NCBI GenBank assembly: GCA_964016885.1
Contig: OZ024743.1
Coordinates: forward strand, 246,636,001-246,700,000
Direction: 5' to 3'
Origin: Eledone cirrhosa
Taxonomy: Eukaryota
Length of the DNA stretch: 64,000 nt
Positions within the stretch are counted from its first letter, which is position 1. Each line of letters opens with the position of its first letter. The translations under genes were made by a program, and so were the position numbers. The notes under the pieces are model-generated. The model was given only the letters and a program-made list of their open reading frames with translations. It ran no database searches and had not been told where the DNA came from. This document shows positions 23,096 to 37,526 of the stretch, piece by piece.

Positions 23096-24179
23096 TGATG
23101 TTTTGTAATGTGGTGGTGTATAACAAGTGTCTAATGGTGATGCTATATGAGAGTTGGTGGTGATATGTCTGGTGGAGGTGGCTGTGATATACTTTCTAGT
23201 GGTATCAGTTGTGACATGTATGTGTGTGACATAATTGTGATGGTGGTAGTGGTGTGTATGTGTGATAGTATTGTGGTGTATGTATATGCACGTACCTATA
23301 GTGGTTGCAGCAGTGATGTGTATGTATGTGAGATAGTATTATGATGATAGTGATGATGTAGTGGTGATATGTATGTGTGATAGTATTGTGGTGGTAGTGT
23401 GTGAGTATACAGGAGGTATGTGATGTGTAAATATGCGGCGGTAGTGATGATGGCAGTATTTGTTATCAGTAAAAACAATAAAGAAACTACAAAGTCCAGG
23501 CAGGGGAAAAAAAATCTTTAAAAAAGGAAACAAAAGCAAAACAAACTATATCAAACCTATTTCTGATGCTGTGGATTATGTAATGGCTATCACCTCAGTC
23601 ACCCGAGTTCACTAGAGAAGGTTGCCCACACTGCCATATTGTCAAGTAGCTTTCACACTATTTGACACATCACACAAGAACATTGTCAGTCACACTATGT
23701 CACACATCAATTGTCTAGTGATAGTGACTAGACAGCATACATCTCAGCTAGTTGCAGTAGTAGTGGTGGCAAAGAATAGATAGCCTCTCTCTCCCTGTCA
23801 GTGTGTATATGTGCAGGTATGTAGTACATACAGCTGTATAAAAGTATGTACAGTGTATCCTGATTGTATATGCGCATGCATGTGTGTGTAGCTATGGCTT
23901 CAATGAAGTGTAAATGTTTTGATACCAGCCCTGATAACTGGAGGTATTGTGGTGCATAGATAAGAGTGGTGGATAAACAATCACAATGTAGTGTAGGGAT
24001 TGCCAACCTGGGACAACATTTGCCCACTGATGGGGTAAATCTGCTGATTGAGGATTTGTACAATTATTTTTTTCAATTATGATTAATAATAATTTAAAGT
24101 TGAGAAGAACATTTTAAGTAGGTCGTTTTGTTTATTAAAATATTAATTAGATTTCATTCTACCATTTTTGACTCTATGA

Positions 24180-24605
24180 CTCATCGACTGACTATATTTA
24201 GTCCCAGTACTGGTATCTTTATTATTAGCTGTTCATATTGACTGACTGTATTTAGTCCTAGTTAGCAGTATCACTAGTTGTTCACATTGACTAACTGTAT
24301 TTGGTCTAAGTACTAGTGTTTGTTCATTAGTAGTTGTCCACACTGACTGACTATATTTAGTCCAAGTACCAATGTCTGTTCATCACTAGTCGTTCAGATT
24401 GACTGACTGTATTTGGTTCAAGTACTAGTGTTTGTTCATTAGCAGTTATTCACATTAACTGACTGTATTTGGTTCTAGTAACAATTTCATCATTAGTTGT
24501 TCACATTGACTGACTCTATTTAATCCTAGTATCAATATTTGTTCATCATTAGTTGTTCACACTGACTAACTATATTGTGTTCTAGTTACTGGTATCTGTT
24601 CATTA
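24180..24605. repeat. Degenerate ~55-bp minisatellite, about 8 copies
   Basis: Recurring gttcaca.tgactgact.tattt.gt.c.agtac..gt.t.tgttcat.attagt. Confidence 0.8.
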
Positions 24606-25754
24606 TTGCTCATAAGTAAAATTGCGTTTTGTGCTAGTATTGTGATATGAAACTAAAATAATGTTAAAAACAATAATTTAAAATTTCCTCTTTGTTAGTT
24701 GCTGATGGATACCAGAACTACTGAACAAAACAGGAGTTACCAGAGGATAAATGAGACAGATTAGGTTGGAAGCCCCTGCAGTAGTGTATAGGTCGGAGAA
24801 TTGATGTGATGTATAAGTCCAAGGTAGTGTTGTGTTATGTAGGTTAACATGGTAGTATGGTGCTTACACAAGGTGAAGTAGTGTATACACAGTAGTCGAG
24901 GAGCAATGCATAAACACATATGGTAGAGGTGTACAATGAACAAAGGTGGTAAAAACTAAAAGTTCTAATGGGGTGGGAATGGAACAGCTGAGAATGAGCA
25001 TCATCATCATCATCAACATTTTACATTCATTTTCCATGCTGGCAGAGTTTGGATGGGTCGTCATGTTTTCAGACAAGAAAAGTCGGATAACAATGTCTCG
25101 CTCATACTTTCCACATGTTGGTATGATTTCTATGACTGGATGCCCTTCCTAATGCTAATCCTTTTATAGAGTGTACCAAGTGTATTTTATTGTGGCACCA
25201 GTACTAGAAAGGTATTATATACACAAATATCGTTGTCAACAGATTAAACTCCACACACAAACACAGATCATCATACATATCAACACAACTCTCAACACAA
25301 AAACACATATAGTCACATAATGCATCTGTCAGTAGACTATCAACATCCTATAAAGACATACACATAAAAATATATAACGTGATATTATAGGAGATGACAC
25401 AAAGCAGAGCTGACTGGCAATATGCTATACTATGAAAGACCCACTTAGCAGTACAAGCACTACAGAGCTAAACATAAACATGTTGAAAAACTGGAGGCTA
25501 CAGTGTTGCCAACTGAATGGGGACAATATAGGGTTTGAGAGAACTCTTCACTCTGGACTAACATGTGACAACCCCTACAGTGTTGGTGCCACTAGAAAAC
25601 CTACCCAGTCCACTCTATGGTAGTGCTGGTGCCAAGAAAAATGCCTCTAGTATATCCTGTAAGGGTTGGCCTTAGAAAGGACACTAAACCCGTTTAGTCT
25701 CGGACCATTACATAACCCATCCAACCTGTGGGAAGGAAGGAAGACATTCTGTCG

Positions 25755-26062
25755 GTTATGATGACGAGTGTTCCAGTTGATCCGATCAACAGAACAGCCT
25801 GCTCGGGAAATTAAGGTGCAAGTTGCTGAGCATTCCACAGACACACATACACTTAACGTAGTTCTTAGGGAGATTCAGCATGACACAGAATGTGACAAGG
25901 CCAGCCATTTGAACTACAAGTACAACTCATTTTTGTCTGCTGAGTGGACTGGAGCAATGTGACATAAAGTGTCTTGCTCAAGGACACAACATGCCACTGG
26001 GAATCAAACTCACAACCTTACAATTATGAGCCGAATACCCTAACCACAAAGCCATGCGCCTT
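25755..26062 (-). mobile_element. tRNA-derived SINE with a CORE/V-like gtgtccttgagcaagacactt motif
   Basis: Minus strand ggcgcatggctttgtggttagggtattcggct...gagtttgattccc (A/B boxes) followed by gtgtccttgagcaagacactt; related fragments near 1160, 11400, 44520 and 58150. Confidence 0.75.
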
Positions 26063-26262
26063 CACAATATGGAATGTGGATGTAAAATGATGATGATGAT
26101 GATGTGTCAATCTTTACATTTACTCAGTTTAGCAACTGCAGCTGTTTGAGTATTCTATGTAACTTGTCCCATCAATTGTCTGTCATGTACCCTAAGTATG
26201 GAAGGATATAGACAAATGGAGAGAGAGAGAGAGAGAAAGAGAGAGAGATAGAGGGATAGATA

Positions 26263-29200
26263 ACTTTCTATTTATTTGCCACCAGGGCATCAAAGATTGG
26301 AACAAATACAAGAGGGGAGTTTACATACATTTCAAGGGACGTGTAAAAACATATAACAAATCAAATTCAACAATCGAAGTCCTCGGGGCGTTAATGTGGG
26401 TCGCACACACCTCCGAAAAAAATGTGCACCCTCCTCCTCAGGAGCACAAAGAGCGGGTACTCCCTTCCTCTCCTCTTTCACCTACAGGCTGATATAGAGA
26501 GAAGGCCCATTCACTCGGGCCATTCTCGCCACTTTCACCCACCTTTCATAAAACTTGCTGGGGTAGAGCACCTCTCTCTCCATTCTAATCCTTCTTCTAA
26601 AATGGTACTTGAAAAAAGGACCAGTTGTTGGCCGGAGAGAAAAGTGTCTGACCTCAGCCCTTTCAACCTCGTCCACCATACAACCGCTTTCGCCATAGCT
26701 ATCACACAGGAAAACCGCCTCTCATTCGTTTTTGAAGGGGGGAGGCGGTTTGATCATCGTGACAATGTACTCAGTGGTCAACCGGATTGGTCCCACCCGT
26801 GACAGTAGTCGTTCCACATAGCCCCACAGGTCAGCAACGCCCGAGCAGAGTACGAATACGTGTGCGACGGTTTCCTCGTCACGCACGCATCTCGGACAGA
26901 TCTTCTTCGAGGGGTCCCTACCCGGGCGCCCGTGTCTCTAGAGCTTGTCCCGAACGTAGCATTGCCAAGTCAGGGACTTTTGGAAGTTGTCCATCGGTCC
27001 CGGGCCAAACGTCCTACCGAACTGACTGGCTAGCTCGTCTTCCTCCATGCCCAAAGACTCTCCGAGAGCGTCGTCGCACTTGCTGCGCACCAACCCTCTA
27101 TAGAATGTTGAGGTTGAGTCTCCACTGATTGCTGGATCCACTTGCAAGAGGGCTGTGAGCACCTGGGCACATTCAATGTGCCCAGTCGCCCACTTTTCTC
27201 GGTCTTTGCTTGACCCAGGATGCAGCTCGGTGAGTGAGACCAGTCTCGGAAAGGCTCGCCTCACAAAAGGGGCCCACGCCGTCGGAGGGCACGTTCCGAC
27301 GGACTTGTCCCGGTTCACCATTACGTCATCGGCATAGGCCGTCACCGCTTTCCACAATCCCAGTTCCAAGGGGATTCCCTGCAACAACTTCAACTTCCGC
27401 AGTAGTGGCTCGAGAGCCAGCACATACAGATGGGAGGAGAGAGGGCTTCCCTGTCGGATGGATCGCGCGATTTGGAACGGCTTCAAGAGGTAGCCGTTCA
27501 CCTTGACCCTTGAGCAGGGGTTGCTGCTGTGCATTGCAGCAATCCAGCCCCTGAAAACATGGGCCGAAGCCTGCCGCCGCGAGCACCGCATCCAGGTACC
27601 GATGGTCGACCCTATCGAACGCCTTAGATTGATCCAAGATGATCAGGGCCCCACCAAAGCCGGGTTCGTTCCTTACCCTCTCTACGATGTATCGCATGAG
27701 GTGGAGGTTGTCGCGTATGGACCTGGATGGGATTGCGCATGTCTGCGCTTCTCCCACCAGGTTCCCGACGACAAGCGCCAACCTCTTCGCTAACACCTTG
27801 GCCAAAATCTTTAACTCTGTGTTTAGCAGAGTTATGGGCCTGAAGTTATCTATGTCATCCCCTTTGTTCTCGTTCTTCCTCACCAGCGTGACTACGCCCT
27901 TGGTCACAGAACTGGGAATTCTCCCGTTCTGTTGCCAGTTGCAGTAGACCGCCTCGAGGAGATCGGAGAACAAGTCCGGCATCGCTACATAAAGTTTGTA
28001 TCGTAGACCATCGAAACCGGGAGATTTGCGTTTGCCGCATAGGCTCAGCGTTTCCCCTATTTCAGCGGCTGAAATCGGCCTTTCGCAGGACTTCGCCTCC
28101 CTGTCCGAGAGGCGTGGCAGACTGTCGAGGTATGGACCGAAATCCATAGCCTCACCCGGCCCACCGCCCCTCCCGAACAGTCGTGCAAAGCGCCGTTGAA
28201 AGGTCGCGCACATCCGCTCAGGTTCAAGGATCACACGTCCATCCTGGTCCTTCAAAGACCGAATCGTGGACTTGTTGCCTTTGTCACTCGGGCCCAGGTA
28301 ACAGCTTTGGCTCCCTCGTTACCCAGAGCACGTATTTTACTATTGACAACACAGCCCTCGTGCTTTGCGTCAAAGAACTGGTCTAGGGCCGTTCTTGACG
28401 CCAGCACGCCGGCCACGTTGCCCCTCCTAATCACCTCTTCTACTCTATCTATCAATTCCCTTTCAGTTCTATTCCTATCTGATGCTAATTCCTGACTAAA
28501 ACCTATTGATTCTATTCTAATTTCTCTCTTGAGAGAGCCCCACCACCTGTTGTTGACAATTGCCCCTGTCAACTGCTGCTTAACTAGAGTGCTAATCCGC
28601 TTACTGTAAGCTTTGTTTGTCGGTAAGGACAAGTTTAGCTTCCAGTAACCAGGTCCTTGTCTATGGGTTCTATCAAGGTTGACCACTCCGGTCACCAACT
28701 TGTGATCCGAATAATCAACCATGAACATTCGCGGACAGCTTAATATGTCCCTATCTTTATTTCTAACTGGGAACCTATCTAGGTATGACCTAGATGTTCC
28801 GCTGCGATTAGTCCACGTCCACAGTGGTACAGTCGGAAAATCTAGTCGATATCTATCGGCCGATTAACCGTTTGAGGCTGTTACACCCCCCTTTATCGGG
28901 ACATGCCCCTACATAGTCCCAACGTGCATCCAGAATACCATTCCAGTCCCCCACTAAAAGCAAGGAGCGAGACGTTCCCAGAAAAGTCTCTAGGCGCTGG
29001 AAGAAGTCTGGTCGCGGTGTCCCAGATGGGGCATACGCTGCCACCAGCCTGAAAGCTCCACCTTCACTACTGCCTACGTCTAGAACCACCAGTCGACCCT
29101 CCGGGTCCAGGTGTACCTTCTGTGTTGCGAGGCCCAGGTGTTTTCGCAGCAGAACGGCCACCCCGCCCCCACCTCCGGCTGACAGAGAGATGCATAGATC

Positions 29201-31272
29201 TCAAAGTTGTCAAAGATGGGGGCCAGTTGGTGCTCGCTATCACATCCATTCTGTGCGACTTGAGGTCATTTAAGTGTTTGCCCTGCTTCCAGGACATCCC
29301 CAGGCCGCGCACATTTAAACATCCAACTCTTATAACAGCTATGTTGGTGGTGAAGAGTTTAGAGTGGAGAAAAAGGAAAAGTCACCTACCTGTCCTTCTC
29401 CTGGGGACCAGGCTGCACAATTTCCATGGGGGTGTCGGCGGGGTTGTTTGGTGGGGACATCAGTGTATGGTGGGGGAGGGGTGTCTGGTGTGGTGGTGGG
29501 GAAACATTTCAAGAGGACGCGGTTGCTAGGTTTAGTACAGGGGTTCCCCACGTCCTCGGGAAAGTTCTGTTTGTGCATTGCGTAGGTGTCCCTTGGGACC
29601 CTTATCATTTTTAAATACGATTTAGTCGGCGCGTTAGTGAACATTTTCCCGTCGGTTTCCACCAAAGGGTCTTTGTCTATTGTTTGCACAAGTGTTTTGT
29701 TGTTTGTGTTGATGTATGTATACTGTTTTTGTTGTGTTGTGTTTGTTGTTCTTGTGTGTGTTTGCGTTTTGTAGTATGTGTTATGTTTTCGGGAGGGGTG
29801 GGGTTTTTGTTTGTGATGTTTGTTCTGTTTGTGCTGGTGGTTGTGTGTTTGTTGCATTTTTGTTAATGTGGTGCCTTCTTTTCTTTCTTTTTACAGGTTG
29901 AAAGGGTTCTCCCTCGCCATCACTGGGTGACGTTGATAAGGGGTCCTCGTCCGTGTTGTTGTTGGGGGGGTGGGTATATTTTGGGGTTTTGTTGTGGTTG
30001 CTTTTGTATTTGTTTTAGGTGGGGAGGGGTTGGGTGGGACAGTGTCTTGTGTTGTGGTGGTTGTGTTGTGTGGGGTGGGCAGAAACGTCTTTTGGGGGGG
30101 GGGGGGCATTTAAAAGGGGACAGGAAGCCCTCAGGTGACCATTTCCTGAACAGTGGTAGCATGAAGGCCGCCTGCCCTCAACAGAAATGTTTATGAAGGC
30201 GACTCCATCAAGGGACACACACTGCGGTATTCTTGCAATCCGTTCTGGTCTCATTTGGACCAGAACTTCAAAGCTATTGCAGCCGAATACGCTCCCAGTG
30301 GATTCGCCTATCGAATCTCGTTAGCACCCACCAAATGCTCGCTTTTGGCCTGATGCCAGAGATTCTTATCCCCAAATATGTGGGGAAAAAGGTGTATGCT
30401 TTGGATACAATTGGCAACACAGAATATTTCCGTGCCGCTAATTCATTTTGCATTAAAACAGATATGCTTCCATACAGTTTCCCTTTCTGTATGAAAGCCA
30501 TATCCTTCCAGGCACTACTTAGGACCAGCTCAATTTCGCTTTGGGACAATTGAGCTGGTTTCCTAGTCATGTTCGAAACTGTCCTAAAGATTACGGTCCT
30601 GAGGACTGTGTCCCTTCTAATTTCTTCGGGGGAGGTAATTGTGAATTTCCCACCTTCCTCGAAACTTACACAATTCCTTGCTTCTTTCAGCAATTTCTTG
30701 GCATTCGAGATGTCCAGTGCCTTGTATATTTGCGTTTCTCGAACCGCCTATGCGAAGGAGACTGCAGCTGTGGGTCCGTTTTCTTTTGTGTTGTTATTTG
30801 TGTTGGCTTGCTTTTTTCCTTTGTTGGTGTTGTCATTATTGCTGTTGTTGGTTGTGTTATTATTGTTGGTTGTGTTGTTATTGTCATTGTTGTTCTTGTT
30901 TGTGAAATTGTTACTTTTGGAGTTTTCACCCATTTCCACAATTTTTTCTTTTGATTCAGTGGTATCTTTTGTGGGAGTGAGGAGAGAAGGCTTACAGCGT
31001 TGTGCTGCTACCTTCTCTCTATCACTTCCTTGGGGGGGCATGGCATGCATCGTGTTAATGGCGTCCATTGTCACTAAACAACTTTTTAACGATAACTTAT
31101 AACTATCAAATTTCGCCCCGAAAAGGGGCGAAATTTATTTTACCCAACGTCTGCAGGCCCAGGCGAGGGGTTAAACACAATAAATAACAAGTAGCTTAAA
31201 CAAACCTACCGCTTCTCGTAATAAATTCCGACAAAATGCAGGAGCGAAACAAAAACACGTCTATCTTCTCCG
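26263..31272 (-). mobile_element. Near full-length, inactivated Tx1/L1-clade non-LTR retrotransposon (ORF1 with CCHC knuckle; ORF2 APE-RT-zinc finger; internal deletions)
   Basis: ORF1 fragments 31074-29339 including CYHCSGNGHLRASC; ORF2 fragments GCLNVRGL, AYAP, GDWN, SDHKLV, GPGYWKLN, KSPGFDG, NFRPITLLN, DQSKAFDRV, SIRQGSPLS, AYADD; AATAAA near the 3' end; (GA)n/(GATA)n on both flanks. Confidence 0.92.
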
Positions 31273-31838
31273 AGATAGATAGATAGATAGAGAGAGAGAG
31301 AGCGAGAAAGAGAGAGATTATTCACGAGATTATTCCTGCATATCTGCCACAAAAGAGTTAAGCTACAACTCTAACCAATACATTATCATTACTCTTGTTT
31401 TCTTCTTTCATATTTTGCTTGCTCCTATTATAAAACTATTTTCAGATGCCCCTTATTATTTCTCTTTTCCTTATTTCTTCAATAACATAAACCCAATCCC
31501 CCTATATGGCCTAACCATTTCACACTCCCAGTAAACCCGAACTGCTGATGCCACTGCCACAATTACCACTGCCATCACCATTTCTTTATTATTTTGAAAT
31601 CTAATTTTATTTATTTACTTAATAAATTCTTTAGCTCTGCCAACGGCATCCTTGTCATCTCTACTCTATTTGATACCAAACCACTCCTGGTTCTGTGATA
31701 TAAGCCAGTTTATTTTAAAGTGTTTATATTTATCTAAAAGCCTTCCATCATAATTTTACATAAGAACCTTTATGTTCCAAATACCAACTTAATAATGAGA
31801 AAGTTAGTTATATAACTAAATCCCTTTAAATTCTTTAA

Positions 31839-32048
31839 CCCTTTAATGTTCAAACTGGCCAGAATTCTCTACCTCTTTCTGTTGAAACTGGCTGTAACTG
31901 GCCACTCATACTGATGTTAAGGTATTGTTCTCAAAATAAATACTTTCAAAATCTCATAGATTCGATATTATGTGAGATAATTATGCGAGGTAAAGCCTTT
32001 ACCATAAAAATATAATAGTATATATAGAATAATGTGAATGCTAAAGGG
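31839..32048. mobile_element. TTAA-flanked piggyBac-like MITE nested in another AT-rich repeat
   Basis: ttaa|ccctttaatgttca ... tgaatgctaaaggg|ttaa; the host repeat (compare 16120-16180) is continuous across a single TTAA. Confidence 0.6.
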
Positions 32049-32509
32049 TTAAGTTGCAAATGATTTGAAAACCAAAGGTAGTTTCATGAAAAGTATGACA
32101 ACAAAAGGGGTTAAGTTTATGTATGATCTTCCACTCATCTAGCTTACTTTACCCTATCCATATATCTGCTTTCTCTCTTTCTTTACATCAAATTTTCCCC
32201 TTCATTTAATCTAACATACATTTCTCCCATTCCCCACCACCCTTTCAGGTACTCCTCTCCAAGCTTTTTTTATGCTCATCTATTATCACCACTTTCAGGC
32301 ACTTTCTTCTTATTTTCCTCTCTCTCACCTCAGACCAATTCTCACTCCCCTTGCCTTTAACCCTTCCCCACATTCCTGTTCTAACCAAACCAGTATACAC
32401 AACTGAACACCACAGTACCTCAATACTACTCTGATGAAGCTTAACAAACACATTTTGCTGAAACATCTTGTCGATATTGTAAGAAGACTGTCTCTCTCTC
32501 TATATATAT

Positions 32510-35500
32510 CTCGTAACACAGACGGTATATCTGAACCCGGAGGGTCGACTGGTGGTCCTAGACGTTGACGGTAGTGGAGGTGGAGTCTTCAGGCTGGTGG
32601 CCGCATATGCCCCATCCGGGACACCGCGGCCAGACTTCTTTAAACGTCTAGAGACTTTTCTGGGAACGTCCTGCTCCTTGCTTTTAGTGGGGGACTGGAA
32701 TGGATTCCTAGATGCCCGTTGGGACTATGTGGGAGCATGTCCCGATAAAGGGGGGTATAACAGTCTCAAACAGTTAATCGGCCGATTTGACCTGGCCGAT
32801 AGATATCGACTAGATTTTCCGACTGTGCCACTGTGGATGTGGACTAATCGCAGCGGAACATCTAGATCGTACCTAGATAGGGTTCTAGTTAGAAATAAGG
32901 ATAGGGACATGCTAAGTTGTCCACAAATGTTCATGGTTGCCTATTCAGATCATAAACTAGTGACCTGCATGGTCAACCTTGATAGAACCCATAGACAAGG
33001 ACCCGGCTACTGGAAGCTGAACTTGTCGTTACCAACATGCAAAGCCTACAGTAGACGGATTAGCACATTAGTTAAACAGCACTTGACAGGGGCCATTGTC
33101 AACAACAGATGGTGGTACTCTCTCAAGAGGGCAGTTAGATTAGACTCGTTAGTTTTTAGTAAAGAATTAGCGTTAGATAGAAATAGAACCGAGAAGGAAC
33201 TGGTAGATAAATTAGAAGAGGCAATTAGAAGTGGCAATGTAGCCAGCGTGCTAGCAACGAGAACGGCCTTGGACCAGTTCTTCGACGCAAAGCACGAGGG
33301 CTGCGTTGTCAGAAGCAAAATACGTGCTCTGGGAAACGAGGGAGCCAAAGCTGTTAGCAAGGCCCGAGTAATGGAGGCAAAAAGTAGCAACAAGTCCACG
33401 ATTCGGTCTTTGAAGGACCAAAATAGATGCGTGATACGTGAGCCGAAGCAGATGTGTGCGGCCTTTCAGCGACACTTTGCTCAACTGTTCGGACAGGGCG
33501 GCGCACCGGGAGAGGCTATGGTTTCGGTCCATACTTCGACGGCCTACTGCAACTCTCGGACAGCGACGCAAAGTTCTGCGAAAAGCCGATTTCGGCCGCT
33601 GAGATAGGGGATGCGCTGAGCCAATGCGGCAAACGCAAATCTCCAGGTCTCGACGGTCTACCCTACAAATTTTACGTAGCAATGCCGGGCTTGTTCTCCG
33701 TTCTCCTGCAAACGGTCTACTTCAACTGGCAACAGAACGGGAGAATTCCCAGTTCTGTGACCGGGGGCGTAATCACATTAGTCAGGAAGGACGAGAATAA
33801 GGGGGATGACATAGGCAACTTTCGGCCTATGTCATCCCCAGAGTTACAGATTTTGGCCAAGGTGTTGGCAAAGAGGCTGGCGCTTGTCGTCGAAAACCTG
33901 GTGGGAGAAGCGCAGACATGCACGATCCCGACCAGGTCCATACACGACAACCTCCACCTCATGCGATACATCATAGAGAAGGTAGGGTGTAAACCCGGCT
34001 TCTGTGGGGCTCTGATCAACTTGGATCAGTCTAAGGCTTTCGATAGGGTTGACCATCGTTATCTGGATGCGGTGCTCGAGGCGGCAGGCTTCGGACCCGT
34101 GTTCAGGGGCTGGATTGCTGCAATGCACAACAGTAACATATGCTCAAGGGTCAAGGTGAACGGCTACCTCTTGGAGCCGTTCCATATCACGCGATCCATT
34201 CGACAGGGATGCCCTCTCTCCTCCCTTCTGTACGTACTAACTCTCGAGCCACTACTGCGGTAGTTGGAGCTATTGCAGGGCATCCCTCTGGAACCGGGAC
34301 TGCGGAAAGCGGTGTCGGCCTACGCCGACGACGTGACAGTAATGGTGTCGAGCGCCTCGCAAATCATGGAAGTCGGCACCTTACTGAAGGAATACAAAAG
34401 GTTCACAGGAGCGAAGCTGAACCGGGACAAGTCCATCGGTTTGCAACTGATCGTGGAAAGGCAAACCGATGCCTTCCGATGGCGTCGTCGGACGCTGGAC
34501 GGAAGGACCGGTAAAGCTGTTCGGGGTCTGGTTTGGTCCGGACCTCCAGGTGGAGAAGAACTGGAACGAGGTGACGGCCAAGGTGTTTGCACTCACCCAG
34601 AAGTGGGCTGAGGGCAAACTATCCTTGAAAGGTCGAGCGGAGGTGGCGAACACTTTTATAGCGTCCGCCATCTACTACCACTTGACCGTCGTGCCTTGTC
34701 CAGCCAAAACGCTTGCCAAAATGGAGCGCGCGCTCTTCCAATTCCTTTGGAAGAGGCGGGCTCCTTTGGTGAGAAGACCCAAACACCCTTCCAACGGAGG
34801 GGTGGGGATGCCGTGGCTGACGATGCGCAAACACGCGCTCAGGTTGCCGAATCTCTACGTATTCCTCATCGGACAACCGGTTTGGGCCCCGTTCGTGAGG
34901 CGAGCCTTCCCACGACTCGTCTCGCTGACCGAGCTGCAGTCCTGGGTCAATCAAAGACCGAGGAAAATGGACGACTGGCACATCAAATGTGCTCAGGCTC
35001 TCACAGCCCTCTGGCAGGCGGACCTGGCGATCAGTGGAGACTCCACTTCGTCATTCTATAGAGGGTTGATCCGCAGCAAGTGCGACGACGTGCTCGGTGA
35101 AACTCTGGGCGTAGAGGAAGACGAACTGGCCAGTCTGTTCGGTAGGACCTTCCGCCCGGGACCGATGGACAACTTCCAAAAGTCCCTGGCCTGGCAGTGC
35201 TACCGAGGAGCTCTACTAGTTTGTGACAAGCTCTACAGGCATGGGCGCCCGGGCAGGGACCCTGCAAAAAAGATCTGCCCGACGTGCGTGCGAGACGAAG
35301 AAACCGTCGCGCACGCATTCATACACTGCCCGGGCGTCACCGACCTGTGGGGCTATGTAGAACGTCTATTGTCGCGGGTGGGACCAATGCAGTTGACCAC
35401 CGAGTCCATTGTCATGATCAAACCGCCACCCTCCTTCAAAAACGAAGGAGAGGCGGTTTTCCTTTGTGTGATAGCTATAGCGAAAGAGGTTGTGTGGTGG

Positions 35501-35915
35501 ACAAGGTTGAAAGGGCTGAGGTCAGACACCTTTCTCTCCGGCCAACAACTGATCCTTTTTTCCAAATACCACTTTGGAAGAATCAGGATGGAGAGAGAGG
35601 TGCTGTACCCCAGCAAGTTTTATGAAAGGTGGGTGAAAGTGGCAAGAATGGCCCGAGTGAATGGGCCTTCTCTCTATATCAGCCTGTAGGTTGAGGAAAA
35701 AGAGGAGGAGAGGAAAGGAGTGCAAACTCTTCGTACTCCTGGAGATGAGGGTTGCACATTTTTTTCCGGGGGTATGTGTTACCCATATGTAATGTCTCCC
35801 CTTATTGGGGAAAATCGACTAATTTTTAAATTGCATTTGTGATAATATTTTACACGTTTTTATTGTATGTAAACTTCCCCCTTTGTATTTGTCCCCTTGT
35901 GGCTAATAAAGAAAC
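32510..35915 (+). mobile_element. 5'-truncated Tx1/L1-clade copy of the same family; ORF2 with frameshifts and stops
   Basis: ORFs 32552-33607 (APE: AYAP, GDWN, YLDRV, SDHKLV), 33454-34263 and 34264-34611 (RT: DQSKAFDRV, RQGCPLS, AYADD), 34469-35689 (CPTC...ETVAHAFIHC); ends aataaagaaac then (TA)n. Confidence 0.93.
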
Positions 35916-35949
<34 letters not shown>

Positions 35950-37473
35950 ACACACATATATACATAAAAATAGATGCACAGGCTTGTATATATATGTGCA
36001 TGCAACTGTGTGTACATATAAAAAAGAGAGTATTACCTAAGCTTATGTTAATGCAACTTAAGTCATTTGAATATCCAATTAAGGCAAAAATTGAGATTTT
36101 CTGTTCACATTTTATTCACTCTAGTAGTAGGAAAGGTATTAAGCTCATATGAATGTGCATGTATTCACACACACAGACATACCCACACAAATATTTATAT
36201 TGAAAGAACCGAAGGTAGAAATCTACAGCAGTGTATTTTAAAATTCTCCTTTTCTTTAATCAGATAAAACAAATATTTCTATATTTGGTTCACCAAGTAG
36301 TTATGCTTTATAAAATATTTTACCAGTTTCAACTTGAAAAGTACTCTTTCCAAAAAATGATTTTTATCAACTTTCGGTCATATATTGTGAGTCTTATACA
36401 TATGATTACACACACAAACACATTTATATTTAACTGTTCAAACAGGAGAAATTGCTCAAGGGCAGCAATGATCCAGCAGTCATATGAACAAATGCATTTA
36501 CTTGTGACCATCCAAACAATTATTCTGATATAGCATATCCAGCAGTACATTATCCTAATATGTCTTTCATTTTTTAAAACACAGTAGAGTATGTAGGATT
36601 TTATAAAGATTTGGCTGCTATTCCTAGCAGTTCGAGTGGTAATGGTGTTGTCGAGTTAGTACAGAGCTATTCAACCCCAGGTCAATCCTGACCAAGAAGG
36701 CTTATAAGTAAAAACATTCCAGTCATGTCTAAGCCATCCTTTTAAGAGTATTTAAGATGTAATACAGGAGTATGGTATTGGTTTTATAGGGGTAAGTCTG
36801 GATGCAGAATATAGTAATGTTGTTTGTTATGAGGACATGTATGGGTGAAGGTGGTTAGTGGTAGAATGCTGGAAGGTTAGAGATAGTGGTGGTGGAGAGC
36901 TACAATCATGATGTTGACAGATGGATGGTTAGAAGTTGAGGCAAAGTGGTGATGAAGGTGGCAGTATTGGTGAAGCAAGAGCAGGGTCTGAAGCATATTA
37001 AGACATAAGGTGACAGAAAATGATGATGAAAACAAAGCATTGTCCACTATAGATAATAAGTTAATCAGCTTAACATTTTCCATAGTGTAATCCTGCCTAT
37101 TCTCAGATTAACATTGATTTAGTGAGAAATTATTTAAATCATTGTTAATCCCACTACACCTGCCCCTCCTCTTTATCACTTACTCTACCTACCACCCTAG
37201 TCTATAAAAGGAGGGGTGTAGTTTTAGCATGTAACACACATACACAGGCAAACATATGTATGCATGTGATGTGTGTGTGTATAAATAGCTCAAGAATAAA
37301 CAAGAAAAACATTGAAATGCAAAAACAGTCTTATTAGGTTCATATCATCATCATCATCACCGTTTAGCATCCACTTTTCCATGGTTGTCCGCATCAAGAA
37401 ACAAATCTGGCCACGTTTGGCCACACGGTACCTTGCTCTGACAGGACTAAATTTGGCCAGAGATTTTGTAACC

Positions 37474-37504
<31 letters not shown>

Positions 37505-37526
37505 ATATAAATAAAACGAAAAATCG

